DNA of 64,000 nt from Candidatus Woesearchaeota archaeon. Lineage in GTDB: Archaea; Nanobdellota; Nanobdellia; Pacearchaeales; GW2011-AR1. A program made the position numbers and the translations under genes. Position 1 is the stretch's first letter, and each line of letters opens with the position of its first letter. The stretch spans positions 11,369-75,368 of the forward strand of contig CAYPFA010000004.1 of NCBI GenBank assembly GCA_964410025.1. Direction: 5' to 3'. Shown here piece after piece: positions 31,936-42,523 of this stretch. The notes beneath the pieces were generated by a model. That model was given only the letters and a program-made list of their open reading frames with translations, was not told the DNA's origin and searched no databases.

Positions 31936-33417
31936 ATGGCAGAAATTGAAAATTTAGATAAGAAGATTTTGGCTTATGCTTTGAGAAATGCAATTGAGCA
32001 TGAAGGAAGGTGTCAGTCTGGTGCAGTTTTAGCCCCATTATTCCATGAGGGTTTAGAAAAATCTGAAGTAAAAAATGTAATGCCTCAAATTAATGATGCG
32101 GTGAAAAAAGTTAATTCTATGAAAACTGATGAACAAAGAGTTGAGCTTGGAGAATTGGAAGATTTTATTTCACATAGAAAAGAAAGACAGGGATTACCTG
32201 AGCTTGAAGATGTTCCGAGTACTGGAATTATTACAAGATTTTCTCCATCTTCTAGCGCCTCTGCTTTTCATATTGGACATATTTTAACGGGAATGCCGTC
32301 GTGCTTATACCTAAAAAAGTATGGTGGAAAATTCTATTTAAGAATTGAAGATACTAATCCTGAAAAGACTGTTTCTGAATGTTATGAATCTTTTCCAAAG
32401 GAAGCCGAATGGATTTTTGGAAATATAACTGAACACTATGCGCAATCGGATAGAATGCAGCAATATTATGATTTCGCTGAAGATTTAGTTAAGAGAGGAT
32501 TTGCTTTTGTTTGCACATGTAAGAAAGTTGAGGATGGCGAAACAGAGTCTGCACACGCGGCCGAAGTCAGTCCAGCTGGCCAGAGTGTCAGCGCTGAGGA
32601 GCAGAAAATTCCAAAAATTAGAGAGCCGTGTAAATGTCGAGACAATTCGATAAAAGAAAATCAAGATAAATGGAAGAAGATGCTTGATAAAAAAGGATTT
32701 GATGAAGGTGAAGCAATTTTGAGATTTAAAACCGAATTAGGACTAAACAATCCTGCATTGATTGATTTCCCCCTTGCTAGAATCAATCTAACACCTCATC
32801 CCAGACAGGGAAAAAAATATAAAGTTTGGCCATTAATGAATCTCTGTGTTGCCCATGATGACATAACTCAGGGTTGCACGCACATTATCAGAGCTAAAGA
32901 ACATAGGGACAATGCATTGAGACAAGAAATGATTTTCGATGCTTTGAATGTTAAAAAACCGCATAGCTACTTTTTGGGAAGATATAAATTTACGGACCTT
33001 GAGATTTCTAAAACCAAGATTACTGAAAGAATAAAGAATGGTGAATTTTCTGGATGGGACGACATAAGACTTCCGCTTGCTAGAAACTTCAAAAGAAGAG
33101 GATATCAGCCAGAAGCTTTCGCTAAAATGGTTGAGCAAAGGGGAATTAGTGAAGTTGATAAGGTTATTAGTCAGAAAGATTTATTTATGGTTTTGGATAA
33201 TTTTAATAGAGAAATTATAAGGCCTATGTCAATTCCAATTGATGTTTCGGATGAAAAAACTAAGGAATTTAAAAATAAATATGTTTTATTGATGGACGAT
33301 GCTAGTAGAAAGGATGTTTTTTCCGTTGAAAAGTTAAAAGATGAACAAATTTATTATTTACAGGGAATTGGGTTTGTGAAACTTAATGATAAGGAATTTT
33401 GGTTCTGCCACAGATAA
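31936..33417 (+). CDS. gltX: Glutamyl-tRNA synthetase (archaeal type, short C-terminus)
   Basis: 'YALRNAIEHEG', HIGH, 'LRIEDTNP', 'VWPLMN', 'THIIRAKEH', 'GWDDIRLP'. Confidence 0.93.
   Translation: MAEIENLDKKILAYALRNAIEHEGRCQSGAVLAPLFHEGLEKSEVKNVMPQINDAVKKVNSMKTDEQRVELGELEDFISHRKERQGLPELEDVPSTGIITRFSPSSSASAFHIGHILTGMPSCLYLKKYGGKFYLRIEDTNPEKTVSECYESFPKEAEWIFGNITEHYAQSDRMQQYYDFAEDLVKRGFAFVCTCKKVEDGETESAHAAEVSPAGQSVSAEEQKIPKIREPCKCRDNSIKENQDKWKKMLDKKGFDEGEAILRFKTELGLNNPALIDFPLARINLTPHPRQGKKYKVWPLMNLCVAHDDITQGCTHIIRAKEHRDNALRQEMIFDALNVKKPHSYFLGRYKFTDLEISKTKITERIKNGEFSGWDDIRLPLARNFKRRGYQPEAFAKMVEQRGISEVDKVISQKDLFMVLDNFNREIIRPMSIPIDVSDEKTKEFKNKYVLLMDDASRKDVFSVEKLKDEQIYYLQGIGFVKLNDKEFWFCHR
32535..32600 (+). 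repeat. GC-rich in-frame insertion in gltX (repeat family B)
   Basis: TGAGGA direct repeats 66 nt apart (32529, 32595); shares GCACACGCG and AGTCAG with 58633-58673. Confidence 0.55.
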
Positions 33418-34386
33418 TTATTCTCTGTCAAAAGGTCTTGCGTTTGATTCTTTTGCTATTGCTTTTATTTTATCTAGATAGAAAATTGAAAATAACGGAT
33501 AGTAACCACCCACATTTGAATATTTTCCTTGTTTGAGACTGCTTCTTATTGTGTCTAAAAAATTTGTGGGATTATATAAAACAAAATCTGGATTATCGAA
33601 GAAAAATTTGAAGTCTTGTTTTTTGAATGCAACTCCAGCGCTGCCAATTTCTCTTAATGTGTGACTGTCGCTAACATAAATGCCCGGTAAATCGTGTTCA
33701 AACGCGAATCTTCTTGCAAGAATATCATGAACCTTTAGAGAATGTTTATAGTTTGAATTTAGTATTTCTATGGCATCAAAATATCCTCTATGTTTTTCAA
33801 TTGCACTGAGACTTAGTCCTTTACTAGCTCTGTCGCCAGCTGATGTAGCAATAATTAGTGCACCGCTTTCCTTAGCCGTTTTTAGTGTTTTTTCCGTAGA
33901 TTCATACCGAGGAATTTTTCCTTTATAGCCAATTAGAACAACGTCATTAAGTTCTCCGTCTTGGGAAACTCTATTAAACATTTTAAGGGGATTTGTGGTA
34001 AAATGATTTTTATCCATTCTTTCGCCGTCTTCACAACGGCACTCTAAACCACGAACCATAAAAAGACGATTGGCTTTGTCATACATAACCCTCCTGCCTT
34101 CAAAAAAATTTGGTTCGGAGTGATTCGTTATGGCGACTATCTTATAACCTCTCGATGCTGCAGTTTGGGAAAGATTAAAAATTCCTGATGGCGATTCGGA
34201 TAGCGCGTCGGTATGAGTATGTAAAGAGCATAAAAATTCATCTTCATCTATTTTTGGACTCAAATAGGTAAAAAGTGGGTTTTTCCAACTGGCAAAGTAA
34301 TCTTGAATATCTGGTCCATATTTTCCTGATTTTTTAAGCTCAGTTAATTTCCGGTTTGCCTCATGCCAATCTCTGGGAAAGCGCAT
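33418..34386 (-). CDS. PHP-family metallophosphoesterase
   Basis: 'LHTHT', 'VAITNH', 'GLE', 'DAIEILN', 'SDSH'. Confidence 0.8.
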   Translation of the reverse strand: MRFPRDWHEANRKLTELKKSGKYGPDIQDYFASWKNPLFTYLSPKIDEDEFLCSLHTHTDALSESPSGIFNLSQTAASRGYKIVAITNHSEPNFFEGRRVMYDKANRLFMVRGLECRCEDGERMDKNHFTTNPLKMFNRVSQDGELNDVVLIGYKGKIPRYESTEKTLKTAKESGALIIATSAGDRASKGLSLSAIEKHRGYFDAIEILNSNYKHSLKVHDILARRFAFEHDLPGIYVSDSHTLREIGSAGVAFKKQDFKFFFDNPDFVLYNPTNFLDTIRSSLKQGKYSNVGGYYPLFSIFYLDKIKAIAKESNARPFDRE

Positions 34387-34475
34387 TAAATGGGAAGGTT
34401 TTTAGGGTTTTTAAATGAAGGGCAATTGTAAAGTATAAAGTCTAGTATATTAATGCTTAAAAAGCGAGTTTTTGT

Positions 34476-35189
34476 ATGATTTTGATGGAAAATAAGACAT
34501 TGCTTCCTGAAAAGGACGCTAAATATTTGACTGAAGCGATTAGGCAACAAATTGGTATTTATTCCTTAGGTGATCCAGATCAAACATTTGTTCCGAATTA
34601 TAATAAAATAGCGAAAGTTTTGGCTCAAACCGAGGTTTCGCCTAATTCTTCTAAGATGCAATTTAAGATTTCTGAAGTTATTTATGAAAAAGCTGATGGT
34701 GAAAATATTAATTCCCAGCTTTTGAGGGCAGACGATGGACTTCAAAGTGATTTTAGACTTAGAAGAGTTTGCAAAAATGAACTTACAGACTATCAACCTA
34801 ATGGGTTTAAAAGATGGCTTAATTTGCATGAAAAAAATTTATACCAGAAGTTTGCGGGTAAGGGTTTTGGATTAGGTCTTGATTCTGAAGTTGTTTGTAG
34901 ATCTGCTAGAGATGAATTGGTTGAATTATTAGATGCAAGTAAGAACGCAGGATTTGATTATTTCGTCATGGGAGTTTGGGATCAGCAATTTGAAATTAGA
35001 AGAAAGTTTGGCGGTGGAGACATTCGAGTCTATAAACCACTATGTTTTTTTCCTGGTGTTGATATGGTAACTCTTGATACAGATGGAAAGAATCACCCGA
35101 GAGATATGTTGCAACAATTTGCGCTTGCATATCAAGAACCAAAAATGGAAGAAGTCAAGAATTTATTATTAAAAAAGAAAATAATTTAA
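34476..35189 (+). CDS. Hypothetical protein
   Basis: 237 aa ORF, no recognisable motif. Confidence 0.6.
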   Translation: MILMENKTLLPEKDAKYLTEAIRQQIGIYSLGDPDQTFVPNYNKIAKVLAQTEVSPNSSKMQFKISEVIYEKADGENINSQLLRADDGLQSDFRLRRVCKNELTDYQPNGFKRWLNLHEKNLYQKFAGKGFGLGLDSEVVCRSARDELVELLDASKNAGFDYFVMGVWDQQFEIRRKFGGGDIRVYKPLCFFPGVDMVTLDTDGKNHPRDMLQQFALAYQEPKMEEVKNLLLKKKII

Positions 35190-37153
35190 TCAATTCTGGC
35201 GTCTAGAACTCTTGAATCTGGACTGAATAATAACACATGATCGTCTTTGAATCTAATTCCTCTAGATATTTTCTGAATCAGCTCTCTTTTGGCCTTATCC
35301 ATATAAAATTCCATGAATTTGCTTGGTTTTTCTTTCTTTAATATCTTCCAAAATAAACCCTGAATATTCGGATAGGGATATTTGGTCAATACGATTGAAT
35401 TACATTCTTCTCCAGGGAAGTCGACTCCACGAGAACATTTTGTGGAAAAAAGCAAATCTATTTCACCGGTTTTGAAAGATTTTACAAGTCCCTTTTGTTC
35501 TTGAATTTGGAATAATTTTTCTTTTGAAATTAATTTTTTTAAATTAAATTCTTCAATTTCCAAATCTGTTGGTAAATCTGCAAAAGAAGAAACGTGAACT
35601 AATGTTGGCTTTTTTGATTTCTGCACACAAGCGTCTAAAGCCAACAAATAATCTTTTCTAGTAAACAATCCTGATTTAAAATTTTCATACTTGCAATTCA
35701 TTTCAAGCCGAGTTTTAATTCTAGAAATGCTTCCGGGAGATTTTGTTTCTGCTTCAATTATTTTAAAATTTTCAAGACCAAATATGTCTCTCAAAACAGC
35801 GTCGGAATGCAACGTTCCGGACATTAAAACTGTTAATTCATTGTTGTCAATTAAATCTTTAAATCTTCTGCCAATATTTACCGAAACTAGATTTGCATAA
35901 ACTGCCTCCCCTCTATTGTCTTCAAACAATCCTTGTTGATCTTGTTTTGGCTTCTCAAAAATTACATAGGTTTCATCAATCAAGTTTTCAAAACTTTTTA
36001 CGGCCTCGAAAACAGAATTATAATAATTTCTGTCCTCATCTTCTGCCAAATAAGGATGCTCAATTATTTTGTTAAACAACTCTTTCATAGGACTTACATC
36101 GAGTTTTTCTATATTCTCATTATAAAAAGAAATTGTTTTATTTGTCAAAAGAATTAATTCTTTAATTGCATGTTTATCTTTATCATTTTCTGGAACGATT
36201 GTGGAAAGTGCAGTTATTAATCTATTCAAATTTATTTTCTTTTCATTTGCAAAACTATCTAAAAAATCATCGCATTCATCGATAACATCTAAATCTGTTT
36301 TTGGTTTTCTGCCCACTGCAACTTCAAGTAAATATTTTTGTGCATTAAAAATTAAAACGTCTGAATCAATATAATTGTGATATTGTTGGTAATAGCCACA
36401 GCCCTTTGCTCTTTCAAAAAATGCGTAATCTTTGTCTTTTATGCAAGGATATTTTCTTTTTCTTGCTTTTTGTAAAATTTTTGCGGAAGCATCGGCTGGC
36501 ATTAACGGAGACCAATAGGGACAGGCGGCAGCTACCGAAACTCTTCTTACATCGGAAATAGACGAGAAATCTTCTTTTTTTACTTCTTTATTTTCCCCTA
36601 TAAAACCTAAAATTCTTTGCATATTTTTTTCTCTTAATTCTATGGTGCAGGGAAGATATTCATAATCTGCTTTGTGTTCTCTCGAGTATGGACATACAAA
36701 ATTCCCCCTTCCCTTAATCACAGAAATATGCAATTTTTTTCCGTCTTCTTTTAGAATATAATTTTTATCCGTGTAGTCGTTTTCATATTGATCTTGAAGA
36801 CTTTTAATTGGAACAACTATTGAAGTTTTTTTGAAATGTTTTGCTAAATTTAGGGCAATCGCAGATTTCCCAGAACCGCAAACTCCTTTAATAAAAATTA
36901 AATTTGAACCGTTCTTGTGAGCTTCAAGAACTTCTTTTATTACGTCTTCTTGGGTTTTACCGTTGGAAAATTTCAAAGGATCTAATTTTTCTCCCCCAAA
37001 ACTAAAAATGTTTGGATCATCTGGATTATTGTCTGCATTTGTTTTTTTGTATAAACTCCAAGAAGCTTTTTTTGACGGCTCTGGCGAAATTGGGGGAGCG
37101 CTCCTTATGCCTCCTGGTAAAATAATTCTTCCGTTTTCATCAAAATCAACCAT
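35186..37153 (-). CDS. SF2 DinG/XPD-like helicase
   Basis: 'GVCGSGKS', 'IKGRGNFVC', 'IDECD', 'MSGTL', 'SRGVDFPG', 'QKISRGIR'; start probably MVDF. Confidence 0.85.
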   Translation of the reverse strand: MVDFDENGRIILPGGIRSAPPISPEPSKKASWSLYKKTNADNNPDDPNIFSFGGEKLDPLKFSNGKTQEDVIKEVLEAHKNGSNLIFIKGVCGSGKSAIALNLAKHFKKTSIVVPIKSLQDQYENDYTDKNYILKEDGKKLHISVIKGRGNFVCPYSREHKADYEYLPCTIELREKNMQRILGFIGENKEVKKEDFSSISDVRRVSVAAACPYWSPLMPADASAKILQKARKRKYPCIKDKDYAFFERAKGCGYYQQYHNYIDSDVLIFNAQKYLLEVAVGRKPKTDLDVIDECDDFLDSFANEKKINLNRLITALSTIVPENDKDKHAIKELILLTNKTISFYNENIEKLDVSPMKELFNKIIEHPYLAEDEDRNYYNSVFEAVKSFENLIDETYVIFEKPKQDQQGLFEDNRGEAVYANLVSVNIGRRFKDLIDNNELTVLMSGTLHSDAVLRDIFGLENFKIIEAETKSPGSISRIKTRLEMNCKYENFKSGLFTRKDYLLALDACVQKSKKPTLVHVSSFADLPTDLEIEEFNLKKLISKEKLFQIQEQKGLVKSFKTGEIDLLFSTKCSRGVDFPGEECNSIVLTKYPYPNIQGLFWKILKKEKPSKFMEFYMDKAKRELIQKISRGIRFKDDHVLLFSPDSRVLDARID

Positions 37154-37217
37154 CTTTTTTAAAATAAAACCTTTTGAAATCAAATCGAGAAATGAGTTTT
37201 TAAGTATTTAGATTGAA

Positions 37218-38030
37218 TTAACTATTATATTTTTTAAAAAGGTCGTACATCAAGACAGCTTCTTGATCTATGTCATTGGTTTGAATTTTGGCAAGATAGT
37301 CTCCTAACATTTCTAATCCTTGTTCTCCGGTAAATATTCTTCTCGCAAGTCCGGCGAGTGGCGGATAAACTATTGGATTTGGTTCGTGAAGAGCAATTGG
37401 AATTCCTAAAGTGTATGCTGCACCCATGATTGCAATCGCCTCTTTATTTCTATTTCCTCTTTCGAATGAAACTGCCAATAAGTCGGCTTTTTCTAATTCT
37501 TCTATATCGAAAATCTTTGCATTAAAATATTTCTTGCCCGTAGAATTCCCCAAGAATGGTTGAAAAAAGAGTGGAGAAAAGTTTCCTGAGAATGCGATTC
37601 TTTTAACAGGGTTAGTCGCTGGCCTTTCTTGACTTTCTCTATTAGTTAGTTCAAAATCCCCATGAAGCAAAAATTCTATTCCTTCTTCATATTTAGAAAA
37701 AGCATTGGAGGAAAGCCAATTAATTATTGGATCTTTTTTTTCATTCTCGTCCACTAAAATAACTGGCTTAAGTTGTACTCTTGCAGAACCCAATTCCGCA
37801 TAAGTCATTGTTGGTAAACTTTTTCCCATTGGTAATTTACAGAAAATTGCATTAGCTTTTTTGACTCCACCCATATCGTCCTCAACAAGTTTTGCTATTG
37901 CACCTTGTCTGTGATCTCTTGGGTCTAAAATTTTCCAGGCTGAAGAAACGTCTCTAATAAAATCATTTTGCCAGCCATAAAAACTTCCAGCCGGATAAAC
38001 CGATTTATCTTTTTGCGAATAAGCTCTCAT
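37218..38030 (-). CDS. Tandem nucleoside 2-deoxyribosyltransferase-like protein
   Basis: 'VYPAGS...WQ...LDPR', 'TYAELGSARVQLKPVIL', second 'MGAAYTLGIPIAL'. Confidence 0.55.
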   Translation of the reverse strand: MRAYSQKDKSVYPAGSFYGWQNDFIRDVSSAWKILDPRDHRQGAIAKLVEDDMGGVKKANAIFCKLPMGKSLPTMTYAELGSARVQLKPVILVDENEKKDPIINWLSSNAFSKYEEGIEFLLHGDFELTNRESQERPATNPVKRIAFSGNFSPLFFQPFLGNSTGKKYFNAKIFDIEELEKADLLAVSFERGNRNKEAIAIMGAAYTLGIPIALHEPNPIVYPPLAGLARRIFTGEQGLEMLGDYLAKIQTNDIDQEAVLMYDLFKKYNS

Positions 38031-38108
38031 TTAATTTTTTACCTTGGAGAGTTTTTAAGTATTATTGTGATTTAGATATATTTTTTAAGTTGAAAATTAT
38101 GTATTGAT

Positions 38109-38597
38109 ATGGTTGAATTTGAGATTGATTGGAAGGGAGAAAAATATACTCTTGAGTGGTTTGATGGTAAATATTCTGGCACTGAAAAACCAACTGGCTG
38201 TCAGGGATTTATATTTGATGATTCTGGGAAACTTTGTATTGTAAAAACTAAAAGTAATGACTACTGGCAATTACCTGGCGGAGGAGTTGAGGATTATGAT
38301 AATACAATATTGGACACTTTTTTAAGAGAAATTGAAGAAGAAGTTGACTTGGATTTGAAAGGCATAAAAGAGTTGGGCTATGTGACTGGAATTAAAAAAA
38401 CGGATTCTGGAAATAAAAAAACTATTCAGATAAAATATGTTGCGCTAGTTGCTAAGGTAAAAACCCAAACGATTGATGTAGCTGAAGGTAGCATAAATGA
38501 AAGATTATTTATAGAACCAAAAGATTTTAATAAATATTTTAACTGGGGAGAAAGCGGAGATTTTCAGATTAAAAAAGCGACTGAAGCTATGAAATAA
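38109..38597 (+). CDS. NUDIX hydrolase
   Basis: 'WQLPGGGVE...TFLREIEEEV'. Confidence 0.85.
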   Translation: MVEFEIDWKGEKYTLEWFDGKYSGTEKPTGCQGFIFDDSGKLCIVKTKSNDYWQLPGGGVEDYDNTILDTFLREIEEEVDLDLKGIKELGYVTGIKKTDSGNKKTIQIKYVALVAKVKTQTIDVAEGSINERLFIEPKDFNKYFNWGESGDFQIKKATEAMK

Positions 38598-38601
38598 AAA
38601 A

Positions 38602-38784
38602 TTAATTATTCATTGTCTTTGCGACTAGGCCCTTTTCTGGATTTTCAGAAATAACACTCAAGTCGTAGCTAGTTCTTTGCATGATATCATAATACGAAGA
38701 ATGACTTAATATTCTTTTGCCTGATTTTCTCAATGCATCTAATGCAGCACGGTATTGTTCAATTGTCCGTTTATTATATTGCAT
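38602..38784 (-). CDS. Small hypothetical protein
   Basis: 60 aa ORF, TTTAAATA upstream. Confidence 0.4.
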   Translation of the reverse strand: MQYNKRTIEQYRAALDALRKSGKRILSHSSYYDIMQRTSYDLSVISENPEKGLVAKTMNN

Positions 38785-38830
38785 ATTTTAATGAGAATTA
38801 GAAACTATTTAAATATTTAGATAATTATTA

Positions 38831-39136
38831 TTAGCCTTTGTCGAATGGTGAATCGTCTTCAGCTATGCATGATAATGCCGAAAATAAACGTGGGGCGCTA
38901 AAACTTTCCACTCTTTTGTCTCTAATTTCTCTTCTCAAAGTATTAATTGTTAGATTGATAAAATCTCTCATAGCATCTTCTCCTACTGGATGTCGTTCTC
39001 CTTTTTTTGCATATTCGGCACACTCTTGAGAATACAATCTTGTTTCTCGTTCAACTAATGTTTGAACCTGTTCCTGACATCCTGCAGGAAATCCAATAAG
39101 ATATCCTGGAAATGTGCTTTCTTCTAATCCTTTCAT
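38831..39136 (-). CDS. Hypothetical protein
   Basis: 101 aa ORF, TATA-like upstream. Confidence 0.5.
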   Translation of the reverse strand: MKGLEESTFPGYLIGFPAGCQEQVQTLVERETRLYSQECAEYAKKGERHPVGEDAMRDFINLTINTLRREIRDKRVESFSAPRLFSALSCIAEDDSPFDKG

Positions 39137-39180
39137 GATTATTGTTAGTCTAGAAGCTTTAAAAGTATTATTGTAATAAA

Positions 39181-40575
39181 TTATAACTCTTTCTCAACAT
39201 ATATTCCTTCTTTATCGATTTTATATCCTAAATTTTTGTAATATTCTCTAACTCCAATACCTGAAATGACTCTGATTTTTTTATAGCCTGATTTTTTTGC
39301 GATTTTTTCTGCTTCGGCCATTAATTCTTTTCCTAGACCTTTGTGTTGTGATATTTCTCCTTTTTCTCCGAGGTTTAAAGCTGGGCCGTAAACATGAAGT
39401 TCTCTCACCATCACGGGTTCTGATTTCTTTTTTTCTAGTCTTAATCTTAATAATCCAAATAAAATTTCGTCTTTATTTATAAATTCCAAAAAGATTTCTT
39501 TTCCGCCTGAAGCTGAATAAGTTGTTGTTTTTATTTTTAATTTATGATTAATTTTTCTGTTATCTCTCATAGCAAACCCAACTTCTCTAAATCTTATTTC
39601 TTTAATTTTAATATTTTGTTTTCTGATTAGTTCTTCAATATCTTTTCTCAGATCAATTTTTAGCAAACCGCAAACTAAAAAACTTGGAGGAATTTCTCGC
39701 ATAATTCTCATTGCCCTACAATATCTTGGAATTAGTTTTAGCATTTTAATTAAAACTTCTTGAGTTTGTTCCTTTGTGTATGGTTGGAATTTTTTATCAT
39801 AGTACCAGCCTTCAAGAGCGCTTCCTTTCAAAACCTGACATGGATAAATTTTTATTTGATCTGGTTTAAATCTTGAATCTGAAAATAATTTTTTAAAGAG
39901 TTGAATATCTTTTTTAATTGAACTTCCTGGAAGGCCAGGCATTAGATGGTAGCCAATTTTAAAACCTGCTTTTTTCAATCGCTCGGTTGCGTCAATTACA
40001 TCTTTTACCGTGTGACCTCGGTTAACTAATTTATAAATTTTATCGTCGATGATTTGAACTCCCATTTCAACTCGCGTTGTTCCCCAGTCAAGCATATCTT
40101 TAATGTGTTTTTCAGAACAAAAATCCGGACGAGTTTCAATACAAAGTGCGGTGCATCTATGTTGAGCGGTTTCATTTATTTTTTTTGCTTGCTCTAAATT
40201 TTTGGATTTTTTTCCGTTTAGTGCATCATAACAAGCTTTTACAAATTGGAATTGGAAATCTCGGTCATAGCTTAGAAAAGTTCCGCCCATAATAATTAGT
40301 TCTATTTTATCTGTTGGATGTTTCATCATTTCGAAGGCTTTTAGTCTAACTTCAACTTGTTTTGTTGGATCATATTGCAAGGCTGCTGCTCGCAAAACTG
40401 CCGGACTTTCTGGCGTGTAAGATTGAGGGGCATTTAAAGTTGGGCAAAAAATACAAGCGCCGTGAGGGCATTTTCTTGGAGGTAGCATAACTGCTAGTGG
40501 CGCAACTCCTGAAATTGTTTTAGTCGGCTTTCGCTGCTTGTCCGTTGAAATAAATTTTTTAACTGAGTAGTCCAT
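39181..40575 (-). CDS. elp3: Elp3 tRNA U34 carboxymethyltransferase (radical SAM + KAT)
   Basis: 'CPHGACIFCP', 'PQSYTPESP', 'IETRPD', 'RELHVYG', 'QHKGLGKELM', 'ISGIGVREYY'. Confidence 0.95.
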   Translation of the reverse strand: MDYSVKKFISTDKQRKPTKTISGVAPLAVMLPPRKCPHGACIFCPTLNAPQSYTPESPAVLRAAALQYDPTKQVEVRLKAFEMMKHPTDKIELIIMGGTFLSYDRDFQFQFVKACYDALNGKKSKNLEQAKKINETAQHRCTALCIETRPDFCSEKHIKDMLDWGTTRVEMGVQIIDDKIYKLVNRGHTVKDVIDATERLKKAGFKIGYHLMPGLPGSSIKKDIQLFKKLFSDSRFKPDQIKIYPCQVLKGSALEGWYYDKKFQPYTKEQTQEVLIKMLKLIPRYCRAMRIMREIPPSFLVCGLLKIDLRKDIEELIRKQNIKIKEIRFREVGFAMRDNRKINHKLKIKTTTYSASGGKEIFLEFINKDEILFGLLRLRLEKKKSEPVMVRELHVYGPALNLGEKGEISQHKGLGKELMAEAEKIAKKSGYKKIRVISGIGVREYYKNLGYKIDKEGIYVEKEL

Positions 40576-40614
40576 AACACCTAGAAGAAAATTGTTTTTT
40601 TAAATGTATATTAA

Positions 40615-40989
40615 TTATTTTTTAGTACGAATATAATGGGGCGCAAGTCTCAATGGGGGAATCACGTCAGAACGCTCTGGAATTTGTGGTCCCAATGCTT
40701 CTCTTGGATGATGATACCATTGTCCTTGGGAGTTAGCAAACTCATATCTTAATGCTCGTGATTTTTGATCCAAAAAAGATTCGCAAAAACGAATTTCATA
40801 ATGATTGTCTACCTTTTTGGCAAATTTACAAACCGGCACACCATTAATAAAATAAAAAATATTTTTACATAAAAAGGTCTCTTTCGTGGGATGCTCATAT
40901 GGGTGGCATTGCTCAAGTTTGACTTTTATTTCTAGATCTATTCTTTTATCATCTGCCGGGCACCCTTGAATTATTCTTGCTTTTGCCAT
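40615..40989 (-). CDS. Hypothetical protein
   Basis: 124 aa ORF with several Cys. Confidence 0.5.
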   Translation of the reverse strand: MAKARIIQGCPADDKRIDLEIKVKLEQCHPYEHPTKETFLCKNIFYFINGVPVCKFAKKVDNHYEIRFCESFLDQKSRALRYEFANSQGQWYHHPREALGPQIPERSDVIPPLRLAPHYIRTKK

Positions 40990-41044
40990 TTTAAATTTAC
41001 CACAGAACTCTTTTTTTAAATCTATTCTTTCTGCAAACTAATAC

Positions 41045-41359
41045 TTATTTTTTATATTTAAAATAAACCTGATCACTTATTTTGTAATATATAACTGCTT
41101 CTTGATTATAATGCACGAGTGTTTCTTCTGCAATTTTTTCTATTTCTTTCCTTGTACAGAAAACTCTTACAGGAATCATTTTTTCTTGAAATAGTTTATT
41201 TTGTGGACTAATCCATTCTCCTTTTGCAGTTCTCAGAACGGTGAGTCCACCGGAAACAGACTTTGCTTTTTCGTCCCATATTCTATGGTGTTTTAGACTA
41301 AATTCTACACCTTTATTAGAACGTGTTGGAATAAGTACTTCCCAGAGTGTTTTTTCCAT
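41045..41359 (-). CDS. Hypothetical protein, possibly PII-like/DUF3574-like fold
   Basis: 'GGLTVLRTAKGEW...HYNQEAV'; start probably MEKT. Confidence 0.5.
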   Translation of the reverse strand: MEKTLWEVLIPTRSNKGVEFSLKHHRIWDEKAKSVSGGLTVLRTAKGEWISPQNKLFQEKMIPVRVFCTRKEIEKIAEETLVHYNQEAVIYYKISDQVYFKYKK

Positions 41360-41470
41360 ATAGGATATAGCCATTTGGAGTTTAAAAAGTAAATCTTTCC
41401 AAAAGCGAGACGATTAAATTATTATCGGTTCTATCATCAGACTTAAAAACCCTTTTTTCTCTATATATTT

Positions 41471-41839
41471 ATGGAAAGAAAACATTTTGGAAACAAGGGC
41501 GACTATGAAAGAGGAGAGTTGCTTGAGGACGGAACGCCGAATCCTGATTTTCAGTTAAGAGTAAAGATGCCTAGAGGCAGAGAAGTAATGGGAATTATCA
41601 CACAAAGAGTTGGAGCTGGAAGATTATTAATTTCTTGTATGGATGGGAAAACACGAAATTGTAGAGTTCCTGGAAGACTTAGAAGAGAGTTATGGCTGAG
41701 AGAAGGAGATGCTGTTATTGTTGAGCCTTGGGAATATGATGGAGATACTAAGGGAGATGTTTTGTATAAATATTCAAAGTCTGCGGTTGAAAAGTTAAAG
41801 AGAGATGGATTATTGAAAACAAGTGCGAATGAATTCTAG
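41471..41839 (+). CDS. eif1a: Translation initiation factor aIF-1A
   Basis: 'CMDGKTRNCRVPGRLRRELWLREGDAVIVEPW...KGDVLYKY'. Confidence 0.95.
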   Translation: MERKHFGNKGDYERGELLEDGTPNPDFQLRVKMPRGREVMGIITQRVGAGRLLISCMDGKTRNCRVPGRLRRELWLREGDAVIVEPWEYDGDTKGDVLYKYSKSAVEKLKRDGLLKTSANEF

Positions 41840-41874
41840 AGAAGATTTAAAAAGCTAAAAGTTATTAAAATAGT

Positions 41875-42132
41875 ATGATTGGGTTAATATTGGGAATAAT
41901 TTTAGTAGTGTTGGGTTTATTTTGTTTTATTAAGCCAGATAATTTTTTACTTCCTTATTCTAAATTTTATTATAATTCAAAAAATCCTGGGAAGATGAAA
42001 ATTATTAAAGGAAAATATGGGACGCAACACATTAAGGAATTTGGAAAAACTAAAGGTATTTTAATTTATATGAGAATTTTCGGGTTTATTGCTTTTATTG
42101 TTGGAGCATTCTTTATCTTATCTTATTTCTAA
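41875..42132 (+). CDS. Small membrane protein
   Basis: Two TM helices. Confidence 0.55.
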   Translation: MIGLILGIILVVLGLFCFIKPDNFLLPYSKFYYNSKNPGKMKIIKGKYGTQHIKEFGKTKGILIYMRIFGFIAFIVGAFFILSYF

Positions 42133-42181
42133 TTACCAGCAAACCAAAACCCTTAAAAGCCTATTTATTTCTAAATTTTTT

Positions 42182-42490
42182 ATGGTCATATTAAGTAAAT
42201 TGGAAGAATTAAAGATATTACGACAGACTTATTTAAAATATAATTTGGAATCGTGCGTTGATACTTTAAAAGGAATCTTTTACGTAATAGAAACTTGCAA
42301 CACGAGACTTCTTGACTCTTATGTGCGGAGAATAATACCCTTTGTTGAACAATATAAGGGAATAAGGTTACTTGCAATAGAGGCTGGGGTCAATGTTTCA
42401 AGGTATGATGAAGAATTGGCTAATTGTAATCCACATATTGACCATGTTCCTTTTGACAATAAAGCAATCGGAAAAGTCGAAAGAATTTGA
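42182..42490 (+). CDS. Hypothetical protein
   Basis: ATG 42182 lies downstream of CTTAAAAG; ORF-track extension from 42089 unlikely. Confidence 0.5.
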   Translation: MVILSKLEELKILRQTYLKYNLESCVDTLKGIFYVIETCNTRLLDSYVRRIIPFVEQYKGIRLLAIEAGVNVSRYDEELANCNPHIDHVPFDNKAIGKVERI

Positions 42491-42523
42491 TATCTTTAAA
42501 AACTCCTAATCTTTCATTATTTT

